DNA from: Octopus sinensis
Taxonomy: Eukaryota
NCBI RefSeq assembly: GCF_006345805.1
Contig: NC_042998.1
Location: forward strand, 103,602,001-103,666,000
DNA length: 64,000 nucleotides
Direction: 5' to 3'
Made by a program: the position numbers and the translations under genes. The notes beneath the pieces were generated by a model that was not told the DNA's origin, did not search any database, and saw only the letters and a program-made list of their open reading frames with translations. The stretch's first letter is position 1. Each line of letters opens with the position of its first letter. Below are positions 52,043 to 64,000 of this stretch, one piece after another.

Positions 52043-53289
52043 TTATAAACTTCTTTGGAAACATTTTCGTTACTTATTTTCCATGAAACATTAAAATGCA
52101 CTCTATAATAACAAGTATTAACAAGTTGTGAATACTAGAATAATAATAATATTATCTTTTAAGCATTTTCTGTCTCAGAAATAACATCGCTAACGCCAAT
52201 TCGAACTCGTGACTAGCAAGATAATAGTTCATTATTTTAGTCTCTCGGTCATTATACTATAAATATTCTTAATATCGTGCTACAAGTTATTTTCTGTTTT
52301 ATCTCGTAGTTTCTTACGTCTAATCTAACATGCTGAGAGATACTTAATACGAAATACCGGTATTATAATTTATCAGTTGACTAAACATTTTTGTTTGATT
52401 TATCACTCATCAAAATATAATATAATTTTGGAAATGGCAGTTGGTGGGAGAAGTTTAGTGTGTGGGTGGTAATGCTGATATCAGAATTGTTAGTATATGG
52501 TGAGGGAGATAGCAGAACTACGAGAGATATTATGACATATACGTTATAATATCTTCTGCTATTTGTTCTCTTCATGTTTTGAATTCAAATGTTGTCTAGT
52601 TTCACGGTGCGTTTCAACCTAAAGAGGCTAGTAGAATATGTATTGAAGTCGATGTTGGTAACGCTGTTTTTGATGATTGGCTTCTGGTCGGTTATGATCA
52701 TTGCAGACCTATGAACAAAGGGTTTAAATTTGTAATTCTGTATTTCTGAGGGAACAGAGACCCACATCATCTGATGCAGCACTTTTCACGAGTGTAGGAC
52801 GTAATTTATAAGAATTTGGTTGCTATTTCTAGTAGGGTAGGTGATCACCTAGATTCTCCTTTGCAGTCATGGAAGTGGAAACGGATGTCTTTCAACTCGA
52901 TCCCGCAGCAGGGCCACTAATTATTGACTTAACCAGGAAAAATTAGAAAAAAAAGAAATCCCTTTACGCCTCTTCATTAAAAGAAATGTAAGTAGCAACT
53001 GTAGCATTTACACCAACGTAAAACAAAGAACAATCATTTTAATATGCACAGTATCAGATACTGAAATATGAGGAGATCATGCACTTAAGTTGCCAATCAT
53101 TATTATCCCTAATTACATCTATACATATGTAAATTAAATTATTTTGTATAATTTAAAACAAAGCATTGAACATATCTCAGTATAACTTCTCGTCTTACCC
53201 GTCGTTTTTATGTAACTTTATCTGTTTAAGCTTACCTGTTTTAGCAACAACTGTGTGTATGTGTGTGTGTGTATGTAAGAGAGAGAGAG

Positions 53290-53332
<43 letters not shown>

Positions 53333-53347
53333 TGTGTGTACGCAAGA

Positions 53348-53535
53348 ATCTTTTCATCTCTAGGTACAAGGCCCGAAATTTTTGGGGAGTGGACCAGCCG
53401 ATCAGATCGATCCCAGTACGCAACTGGTACTTAATTTATCAACCTCGGCGGAATTTGATCTCAGAACGTAAAGACTGACGAAATACCGCTAAGCATTTCG
53501 CACGGCATGCTAACGTTTCTGCCAGCTCGCCGCCT
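53348..53535 (-). mobile_element. SINE family A
   Basis: Reverse-complement head ttctgccagctcgccgcc. Confidence 0.9.
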
Positions 53536-54430
53536 TAGAGTGTATGAAAGAATAAGTTGCAATGCAATACAAACATCATTATAATCGTCCATTGTTCAGC
53601 CATAGAATATGATATAGGCATAAGGTCTCATTTCTGTTTAGGAAGTGGAATGCGTAGTCGACAACAACGAAACCAGGACTTGAAATGGCACATTTTATCA
53701 CTCCCATAAATGTAAAAGGCATTGTCGATACCGATCACGTTTAACTCAGAAACTAAAGCGACGAAACTAAAATATCGCTAAGCTTTAACGATATTGCCAA
53801 GTCACCTTTTATTTTAAGGCAGTGGATTGACAATTGTGAAGGTCAATTCAAGTCAATTTATATAGCGTGCCTACAACCTGCAATGGTATGGTCGACTTTG
53901 CTTTTTATTATTCTTGAGTTATTAAATTAAAATGGCAGTCTATATATTGGAATATATCCTCACTCCAGAATAAATGAAATCGTGCACAAAAAATAAATAT
54001 ATAAATGTAAAAGCGACATAGTAAAATATGCTGATATTTAAAATAAAACTAATTAAATGAAATAAGATTAATTATTTTAGTTTCGACTCTTTACGTGCAG
54101 AATTCGAATGTTACAGAGGTCTCACATTCACTTTTTTTTTTAGGTTGTCGGGGCTTGTATTATGCAAACATTGAGAGCAATATAAACAATTATTGTTCAA
54201 CCTCCCCAAAATACGAGACCGGGTGTCTATGTTGGAAAATCTTATTTTAACAATAATTATATGTTTGTGCTTGTTTGTTGTTGCTTAGCCTTGATCATTC
54301 GTGAAGAAGCAAATTTATGATCAGAAACACTCTTGTCGTTTTAGAGCAATCTAAAATTAAATTATCTATCGTGCCCTTCCTTTTCGGAATATGGCAGGGT
54401 GTAACTTGAGGGAAATTATGGTGTTACTTA

Positions 54431-54600
54431 TACAGAGTTATTCAAAAGTCGCCCTTTATTTTAAATTTAACCATCCTGGTGCTTTTCCTTTGGGTTTGTC
54501 TGAAAGAAACAGTTTAAGTAATCGAGCTCCAAATACTCCTGGAACTAAAGAATAATATTATATAAGAAAGTTGAGCATTGGAGCGAAATACCTTTCACTT
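54431..54600 (+). mobile_element. Tc1/mariner-family transposase C-terminal remnant
   Basis: From about 54464 it reads NLTILVLFLWVCLKETV*VIELQILLELKNNI, resembling DLTPLDFFLWGYLKxxVY...TLxELKxxI. Preceded by a TA-CAGAGT TIR-like start. Confidence 0.55.
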
Positions 54601-55039
54601 TGGCTGTCAAAGATCACTGCCAAGGCATCTGTTTGTGCAAGGTTTTACTCAACAAGTAGTTCAGAGTAAATTGCAATGTCTAAGATAAATATATATGAAA
54701 GGAAAGTTTAAGGAATTTCTTAATATTTTATTTTAAACTTTTATATATAAAGATATTATCTAAATTTTAAATTGGAACATTACTTTTGTATAAAATTGAG
54801 TGATCGATCGACGTAGAAAATCTTGAGATGAAAAGTTATTTCTTATCGCTAGAGATGAAATATAAATATCAACATTGAGTATAAAATCACATGAAAAAGA
54901 AGTATTAGACCATGTTTTGTAATGAAAGCATCATGTGATTCGCACGGAATCTGTACAGGGACCATACTGTAGTGCAGTTCGGCAAAAACCTTGATTGCTG
55001 TGTCCCGGAATAACAAAGGACTGAAACTATTGAAATAAT

Positions 55040-55497
55040 ATTTGTTTCTAATTTAAACTCAACAACAGCAATTTTGAGGGTGGAGGCTGATCGATACTAT
55101 TGATCCTAGTACTAGATCCCAGTACTTTATCATTGATCCCAGTCTTTATCTTATCGATTACTGAAGGATGAAAGGTTGAAGTTGATATCAGAGAGATTTG
55201 AACATATACAGTCGGAAGAATTACTGCTAGGTAATTTGTCTGATCATTTCACGTTTCTACTCACCATTAATCACCATTACAGTTATAATAATGTTTTCAA
55301 ATTTCGGCATAAGACTAACAATTTCGGGAGAGAGAAGTAAGTTGATTACATTGATCCCAGAACTCAACTGATACTTATTTTATCACTCCCTAAAGGCTAA
55401 GTCAACCTACGTAGAATTTGAACTCAGAACGGACAGACGGATTAAATACTGCTAAGCATTTTGTCTGGCATGCTAACGATTCTGACAACTCACCGCT
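55040..55497 (-). mobile_element. Two SINE family A copies, followed by (AAT)n at about 55500-55625
   Basis: Reverse-complement cores at about 55150 and 55380. Confidence 0.75.
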
Positions 55498-55514
55498 TTA
55501 ATGATAATAACAAC

Positions 55515-55572
<58 letters not shown>

Positions 55573-56225
55573 TAATAATAATAATAATAATAATAATGAT
55601 AATAATAATTATAATAATGATAATAAAACATTGGCAGGCGTTTTGTTAATTTAATCTATAAGTACTTGAATGGTAATTATTTTTGGTCTTCGAAACTTAA
55701 GAATCTATTCTGCAAAATATTTAACTGGTATGTAATATTCCACCGAAAAAATATTCATGAGAGCACTCTGTTTCGTATACAGAGATGTTTTATTTTGGAA
55801 TGATATGTTTACCATTTGTAAACAGTCAAAATCTGATTGTGCTAGTTAATTAATCTATTAATAAAGATTGTCATGACCTTTGTTTTATTAGTTTGGTCTT
55901 CAGGAAGGAGTTATATATCTATAGCTTTCGAAAATCCTCTCAAGGTTTGAGTCAATAATTATATTAATCTATCGTTCCTCCATTAAATGAAATGAAATAG
56001 TTTAGCCAATAAAGGATTGGATTACTTCGTCATGGCTCTTGAGTTTGCACATTACAGATTCGATGTGTCAGCATTTCTATCAGCTGATATGAAATACAGG
56101 TACAGGGTATATTTGTGGGAAAACGACTTTATGATTGATCACACAATATAGTATCTTTGAGAAATAAACCGAGACACTGTCACAATACATATCAAGGTTA
56201 CACACACCCCCTATCTCGTACACTA

Positions 56226-56277
<52 letters not shown>

Positions 56278-56554
56278 CTCACTTCTCGTAAACAGCATAC
56301 AATTAAAACCTTCACACAGCTTTTACTAGTGCAGCCCATCCTAATCTCTGATAATCTTTTATTACAACCACGCATTTATAGCGCTGTTGAAACTGTTTAC
56401 CAATTGCTATTCTTTGACTTCAGGACCATAAAATACCTTTGTTATGAATAGTTGCAGAAAACTTAAAAGAAAGAAAGAAATATGAAGCTCCTGCAAACAC
56501 GAACAACCTAGATTTCATTTGGAATATAGCCATAGGTGCAGACATAGCTGTATG

Positions 56555-56647
56555 GTTTCAAGTTTAATCCTATTGCACAGCCCCGGCCCGACCAGTGTCT
56601 TGTGAATGAACTGGTAAACAGGACCTGCGGACAAGCTCGTCGTGTGT

Positions 56648-56701
<54 letters not shown>

Positions 56702-56930
56702 AGAGAGAGAGAGTGATAAACAGACAGACAGACTTTATGCCTGTGATCCACCATCATTTGATGTCCGGTGTTGTTTTGTTTACGTTCACACAGTATAGTT
56801 GCTCAACAAAAGGAAACTGATAGAATGAGTACTAGACTCTAAAAAATTAAGTGCTATGGTGAATTCGTTCGACAAAACCTCTCAAGGCAGTGCTCCACCA
56901 TGGCCACAGTCTGAAGTGCATAAAAGAATC
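56555..56930 (+). mobile_element. Degenerate SINE family B
   Basis: agccccggcccgaccagtgtcttgtgaatg...gatagaatgagtactag...ggcagtgctccaccatggcc. Confidence 0.75.
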
Positions 56931-57446
56931 TGACTGGTTGACAAAACTTTTAACAATCGACATCAATGATTACTGTTTCAGATTTACAAGACTTCAGCAC
57001 TCTGCAACAATGACTTTCTGATAGGTTCACAAAATTTTGACACACTACTTAAAGTCAGAATCTTTCCTTGAACATCAACACTCAAAATTTCCCTATTTAT
57101 CACGTTTTACTCATAGGGTACGATTATGCAAATTCCAGCTGGATATCGACTGCATAAACCTTCTCACTTCCCTGCAGAGGATACAAGTTGTAATCTTCTT
57201 CAAAATTCCATTCTGCTGTTTTCAATTCACAGTCATATGAATCCTCAGCATGCCTTTACAAGTTTATGTGCGTTATTTTTAGGCCTGCCAATCCATGTTG
57301 GCTAAATACTACTAGTTAGACGAGATCCACCTATGGCCTGGTGTTGTAAACAAGGCCATCGACATTAAGGTATAATTTATACTTGTTAAAATAAAGAACG
57401 CATCAACTATTGGGGTCAGTTTACTCGATTAAAGCCTTCTTTTTGA

Positions 57447-57676
57447 TGGCGAACTGGCAGAAACGTTAGCACGCCGGGCGAAATGCTCAGCGATATTTCG
57501 TCTGGCTTCAAGTTCTGAGTTCAAATTTCGCCGAGGTCGACTTTGCCTTTCATCCTTTCGGGGTCGATTAAATAAGTACCAGTTACGCACTGGGGTTGAT
57601 GTAATCGATTTAATCCCTTTGTCTGTCCTAGTTTGTCCCCTCTATGTTTAGCCCTTCGTGGGCAATAAAGAAATAA
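57447..57676 (+). mobile_element. SINE family A (long-tail type)
   Basis: Intact head, core and tail, as at 20656. Confidence 0.92.
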
Positions 57677-57878
57677 GAAATATTTATTATTAAACCACCG
57701 AACACTACAGAAGCCTGAGATTTTGTATTCGATCGTATCCTACATCGAGAAATCAAATCAGCCATTTCTCTCCTACTATGGTTAAGTCTTTCTCTTATAC
57801 TTCTATAATCCAGTTCTTCATGGGTGCTTGTAGTTGTTAGAGCTCGTAGATGTTAGCAAACTTGTATCTAGGTATGTA

Positions 57879-57983
57879 GGAGGGGGTGCTGAAAAGTTCC
57901 TGGCTTTAAGAATAAAATCATAATTAACTGATCCTCCTGTATTTACGTTTACCCAAAGCTAGGAAATTATCGGCACCCTCTCG
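57879..57983. mobile_element. Mariner-type MITE with TA target duplication
   Basis: TA-ggagggggtgctgaaaagttcctggcttt ... aaagctaggaaattatcggcaccctctcg-TA; about 29-bp imperfect TIRs. Confidence 0.8.
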
Positions 57984-57988
57984 TACAC

Positions 57989-58024
<36 letters not shown>

Positions 58025-58044
58025 CACACACACACATACGCACG

Positions 58045-58075
<31 letters not shown>

Positions 58076-58716
58076 GCAGAAAGAGATCGCACGTAATTGA
58101 ACCCAAGAGGACTGGTGGCAATTTCACTGTAGTCTTTCTGTTGCATATACGCATACACATACGCACGAACATAGATACATTCTGAATGCATTTCGCATTA
58201 CGATCCTATTTAATTATTATGGATCTTTCGGTTTCTTCTATAATTATTATATTTCAAATTCATGATTTAAATATTTAAAAACAAAGTGAAATTCAAAGAC
58301 AGCATTAAATTCAAATGTATCGCATAGAGTTATGCATTTTATGATAACCGAAAGTTTGTTTACTATCAAATTCAACTGCTGTTACTCGCTCGCACTTACA
58401 TGTCCCACAATTGAAAGATCGTTAACTTCGCTAATTGAACAGCTACGACAGTTATAGATATTGGCTTTTTGGAAAAATATCGTCAGTTTGTTTTTCAAAG
58501 GCTGTATTAATCCCTTTCGGTTTAAATTGTCGAAATATCAAGGTGACTTTGAATATGAAGTATCAACCACTTTTAACTGCTTAAGATGCTAATAAATATA
58601 TGAATAGAATAAGCAAAGATATCTGGGAATTATAATAGAGGTCAGAGTCGGCAGATAGTGAATATAGATAGATATATAATAGAAAAAAATGTTAAGAAGT
58701 GAAGAAGAGAAAAAAA

Positions 58717-58750
58717 TCTAACGTTTCGGATAATATATTTCGTCAAAAAG
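58717..58750 (-). ncRNA. Decayed hammerhead-like motif related to the 13093 type
   Basis: Minus strand tTGACGA-a-atatattatcc-GAAA-CGTT-aga in a similar pyrimidine-rich context. Confidence 0.4.
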
Positions 58751-58858
58751 TGGGACACTGAAAAAAAGTAGCGACAAAGGGAAAAGGAAAGTGAGAAAGA
58801 GTGTTAGGGATTCCCTGATGCAGTTAATGAATAGTTTGGGAGAGATAAATAAATTAAA

Positions 58859-58993
58859 GGTGGTGAGCTGGCAGAATCGTTAACACGACGAACGAAAGCT
58901 TTGCGGTATTTCTTACGTTCTCAGTTCAAATTCCTTTCACCCCTTCAGGGTCGATAAAATAAGTACCGGTTGAACATTGGAAATGTAATCAAC
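58859..58993 (+). mobile_element. SINE family A (deleted)
   Basis: ggtggtgagctggcagaatcgtt...gggtcgataaaataagtacc. Confidence 0.85.
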
Positions 58994-59039
58994 TCAACTA
59001 CTCCTGAATATGAGTCTAAAATATGAGTAGAAAAATAAG

Positions 59040-59215
59040 AGTAGAAAAACTGCATTCCTCTGCCAATCCATGTCGAGCCAGTGTAACAGAGTAAGCTCAT
59101 CACACCGGCATGATCTCAAGCTCAAATTCCTAGCCTCCACATCAGACCCTGATTGGGTGCAGGGAACACGCTGAGGCCTTCGTCTTGCAGTGGATTGAAC
59201 ATGAGCAATCGAATC
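59040..59215 (+). mobile_element. RTE-clade LINE 3' end remnant
   Basis: gaggccttcgtcttgcagtggatt encodes EAFVLQWI, a characteristic RTE ORF terminus. Confidence 0.6.
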
Positions 59216-59490
59216 CAATCTAAATAAATCAATAGATAAATAGCTATATAAATAAGCATGTCAACATGTAAGGTGACACACAAGGCGACGATGTGGCGGT
59301 GGTAAGGGTGAAGAAGGGACAGGCGTGGAGGAAGATATTATTGGATTTTGGGAGCTGGATGAAGAGGCAGAAAGAGAAAGAGAAAGAAAGATAATGAACG
59401 AGCGGGGAAGTGAGAGAGAGAGAGGAGGGGAGTAAGGTTGTGTAGTGTTGATAAACATGAGAAAGGAAGAGAGAGAGACAGAGACAGAGG

Positions 59491-59521
<31 letters not shown>

Positions 59522-59921
59522 CGGAATGAGGTTAGGCGGAAGGCATGTATATGGAATAAGAAATGCATTGTCAGGGACGTGGATGGCAGAGGACGTGTGC
59601 GGGAGATTGTATGGTGGCGATGGTGACCGGTTGGCAGGTAGGCTGTGTATGTGTGTGTGTGTGTGTGTGTGTGATAGGTAGAGATGTAGGGGTGGAGCCA
59701 GAACCTATTGAGCTAAACACCTTCAAACTTAACTATGTGTTCGAATAAAGAGAAAGGTAAATTATTTGTATTCTACGGCGCGTGTACGTTCATCAGTCGC
59801 TCTCCCAACCACACACACACACACACACACACATTCAGACTTCTCTCCTTCTCAGCCTGTCAATGTATCTATTTATCACTCTTTAAAATGTGCGTGTATT
59901 CATACAATTATACACATGCTC

Positions 59922-59959
<38 letters not shown>

Positions 59960-60180
59960 GTGTATAAACATCAAGTTCTCTGACTATGTGTGTGTGAGTG
60001 TGTGTGTGAGTGTGTGCTTGTGTGTGTATTTGTATGTATATGTGCATGTATGTGAAACTTTAAGTCACATGGAACCGAATCAAACTCTTTTAAATACTAC
60101 TACTACTACTACTACTACTACTATTACTACTACTACCACAACTACTACTACTAATAATAATAATGATGATGATAATGATG

Positions 60181-60211
<31 letters not shown>

Positions 60212-61204
60212 AACATAGCTATATATGTGTGTGTGTATATATAAATATATATATATGTGTGTGTTTGTGTGTGTATGTGTGTATGTGTATATTCCACAGT
60301 CACTTACGCGCGCCACGCATCCTACCACAGCATCTCACTTGGGGGTCTAGAGTATTGTTGAAAAACAAAATCGCAAACTCATCCTTTATCCACAAACTCC
60401 TTAGATATAATACAGCAGGAGGAGCCATTATGGATGCTTGTAAGTGCTCGTTTATTTTGCAAGAAACACCAGCTAAATATCCTCTATTTTATACACTTAT
60501 AGACAGACATCAACGAAGGAAGTAGTTGATATACAAAATATAGGTAATGGTCACTGTTGAAGTATCTTTGACAATAAGCCTGCTTAAACAAAGAACAAAC
60601 TGGAGTTAAACAGCAAGAACACAAAATATAGGGAAAGTATTTAACTCAGGCACTTTGCTGAAACTTGAAAAACTTATCAACTTTTGACTTGTTCAATAAA
60701 TATGATTTCATCATCAGTAAATGTCCTGGTGTTTTCTTTAAGCTTGTTAAACAACATATTTGTGTGTGTGTGTGAGGGTGTGTATATATATTATATGTAT
60801 ATGTATATAATATAATATATCTATTATATATATATATATATATAATATATATATATAATATTATATATATACATACATATCTATATATATATACATATAT
60901 ATATATATGTTATATGTATATATATCTATACATACATATATCTATATATATATATACATATATAATATACATAATATATATATATTATATAATACATATA
61001 TATTATATATATATATTATGTATATATATATATATATATATTATATATCTATATATATATATATATATCCTGCTGGGTCATATTTATTTATATAATATCA
61101 TTTAATAGTGTGATATGGTAAATTTAGCAACAGCTGTTACTAACGCACAAAAACAATTGTTTGTGATGTGATTAAAGCCTGTGATGCCATTTTTATTCAC
61201 ATCA

Positions 61205-61278
<74 letters not shown>

Positions 61279-61293
61279 CCTATCTATCATCTA

Positions 61294-61340
<47 letters not shown>

Positions 61341-61356
61341 AGATGCGCTCGATAGA

Positions 61357-61395
<39 letters not shown>

Positions 61396-61535
61396 ATATA
61401 TAGGTATATACATCTATACCGTATATATATATATAATATACATACATACATATTTTTGTGTGTGTGTGTGTGAGTGGATGTGCGTGAGAGTTTAAATTGA
61501 TTCGTTCAAACCTAAATCAAGGGTTCATATCGATT

Positions 61536-61635
61536 NNNNNNNNNNNNNNNNNNNNNNNNNNNNNNNNNNNNNNNNNNNNNNNNNNNNNNNNNNNNNNNNN
61601 NNNNNNNNNNNNNNNNNNNNNNNNNNNNNNNNNNN
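61536..61635. other. Assembly gap (exactly 100 N)
   Basis: Run of N. The fixed size suggests a scaffolding join of unknown true length. Confidence 0.98.
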
Positions 61636-63019
61636 AGTATGTAAATTCTTATAGAAATCCGAAAGAGTATTGGATACAGGTTTATCAAAAATACGTATAT
61701 CCCCGAAAGATGATTATATTAGTGACTGTGTAATGTTTGGAGCATATTCCAATATGCCAAACCCTTAAAGAGGGAAAACTACGGTTGTGACTTTTGCCTG
61801 TCAGAGAAAATTAATTATATTGTTTTACCACGGTTCCATATTCAACATCCGTTCAATGATGATGTATTTTCATGTCGCAAATAAAAATGATTGTTAAAAC
61901 GTTTTAAATAACCTAAAAGCTGAAAAGAACATATATTTGTTTAGTAAGGTTTACTCATTACACTACTTACGCGTTTTCCCAGCTACATCTGCTATCAACA
62001 CAGTGATGTCCTCTGCTCCTCAGTTACAGCTGTTTGCATATCACATCTTCTCTCCTCTATCTGTTTTCCGGGTATCAGTGTGAACAGCTTTGTCAGTTTT
62101 GATAAGTTTGAACCCGTGACGTAATGTCTTAGAACTGATTATAACAAGGCATTGAGTAGTACATTAAGTAATTCTACCATAGAAAAATTTATGAATATTA
62201 CTATACAAATTGTGTTAGAATTACTAATAAAAGACACCTTCCAGAACATCAATGAAGGCAGAATTTGATTCCATTACAGACAAAGAGAAATCATTATCAG
62301 TTTTCAGTATATCTTCAAACGAAGTGGAAAACAAAAGGAAGACAATTATATCATATGTATTGATAACAACTTTTGATGTTCATACATTAAGCGTCAGTTC
62401 TAGAACAGTTATAATTTATTAACGTACTTATGAGAATTTAATATTGTGTAGCCAACTTGTACTAAACTAAACCTTTTCATTTCGGTCCCATTAGGGATAA
62501 CAAGAAAGGAGCTTTAATCACTAAGAGTAACCGATATGATGATTTAAATGCAATAACCCGATTATTGGATAGGAGAAACCTATTTCAAGTGGACAGTAAA
62601 AGGGGTTTATACTAATTGTTGGATCTCGTAATGAGTATAGGAAATGTTTAGAGCTTCAGTTTATGTTATATATTGTCTTTTGGTCCATTTTCTTTATACA
62701 TTTCATTTTATATCCTGTATTTACTAAAGCAATAGAACACTTGCACAAAAATCGAAAACAAAATTCTTAATTAGACTACAAACTTTACAAGCCCCACCTA
62801 CTTTTCTGCTATTTATATATTCTCTAGTTATATAAAAAAAAATATAAGATATAAAATAAACCGTTTGCGTTAATTGACCGAAAGTAATACTGCTATATTT
62901 TCCAGCCTGCAGCAAGATGAAAGTTTCAAAGATTTGTTCAGTGTTACTTCACAGATAAAACGTCTAAATAGGCTTGTTGTGGGGCATCTAGTGCACACAG
63001 TGTGGTCACGGTGACTCCA

Positions 63020-63757
63020 ACACTAGAGGGCGATGTCTACTAGCAAATTCATATATTCTCTAAATGCACTTTGCATTCATGTTCACATAATAGAATAATC
63101 TAAAATGAAAGTAAATGGAGCATAGAATATATTCGAACATAGACATCATTTACATGCACGCATACGTACGCATAAACATACACAATATATATATTTATAG
63201 GTATTTTTCTGTGAGCATATATTTGCTTGTGTACGTGAGAGCGTACTTGCATATGCGTGAGTATTTGTCTCACGGCGTGGTTACGTGTGTGAGCGTGCAT
63301 TCTTTTATTCTTTTATTACTTTGAAGCCGAGGGTTGCGGCTGCACTGGAACATCGCTAGTGTAATTCGTGCTGCTTCGCCTTACGTTTCATGCCGCTGTT
63401 CTCTGTTGCGTTTCGTCGTACGACATTGGTTCGTTTGGAATTGTACATATTTGGTTATACAGGCTCTTCTGGAATACATCTAAATCCACATGTAGTTTTG
63501 TAATTTTCGTTGAACAAATATTAAAACGCTTTGGTGCTGAACCTGGTTTGTTGCAATGTATAGTCATGATTTTCGATGAAAAGGATGGACGGGGATCTTC
63601 GGGACTATGCAGTGGCTATTCATCGTCAAAAACTTACTTCGTTTCCTTTTTTATTATATTTTGATAAACCCACGACTATTCGTATTCGACACCAGACCTG
63701 TTCTGGCACTATAATTCTATATATCGATAGCAGAGTTACCTCGCGCCATCTATAGCG
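63020..63757. promoter_or_regulatory. Convergent CTCF-like motifs near a CpG-richer region
   Basis: acactagagggcga (63020-63033, forward) and gcgccatctatag (63743-63755, reverse). Motif resemblance only. Confidence 0.3.
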
Positions 63758-64000
63758 TCTGAGCGTTCACTGTTGACAAGGCCAGGAAAGGCCGATATCA
63801 GTGTGATCTGGTAGGCCTCGGAACCTGCCCCTCATGTGTTCCGAAGTCTATTAGGACCGTATAGTTAATAAATGCGCGTTTCTTAATTAGCCCGAGAGCT
63901 GATGATATACTCAGTTGGGTTCACTTAGTTGTATACATAACCTAAATATCCTTCTGCCAGTATCAATGTTGTATTCGATATATTGTTATATGTGCATTCT

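Noticed and set aside
58994-59218. Minus-strand 74-aa ORF after an AG as a real exon
   Set aside because: Better explained as the antisense of an RTE LINE 3' end.

Overview
Non-coding, AT-rich, microsatellite-saturated eukaryotic DNA, intronic or intergenic. It is most likely from an octopus (coleoid cephalopod); this is inferred from the SINE repertoire and the extreme (TA)n/(CA)n/(CATA)n density. I find no intact protein-coding exon, and the supplied ORFs are almost all microsatellite read-through. The window holds more than 30 copies of at least four tRNA-derived SINE families and decayed 3' ends of R4/Dong-type (restriction-like endonuclease) and RTE LINEs. It also holds a Tc1/mariner transposase remnant and MITE, a complete non-autonomous Helitron, a 24-bp minisatellite inside a hAT-like shell, and a 100-N scaffold gap. 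The most notable signal is a set of type I hammerhead-ribozyme motifs from several unrelated sequence families (about 13.1, 20.1, 21.5, 37.9, 42.3, 42.5, 44.3 and 58.7 kb). They sit in short non-autonomous elements that are usually microsatellite-flanked and often palindromic, consistent with Penelope-like-element pseudo-LTR or retrozyme derivatives. Two of them (42476-42528 and 20085-20145) look close to intact. All coordinates were read by eye, and repeat boundaries are approximate.
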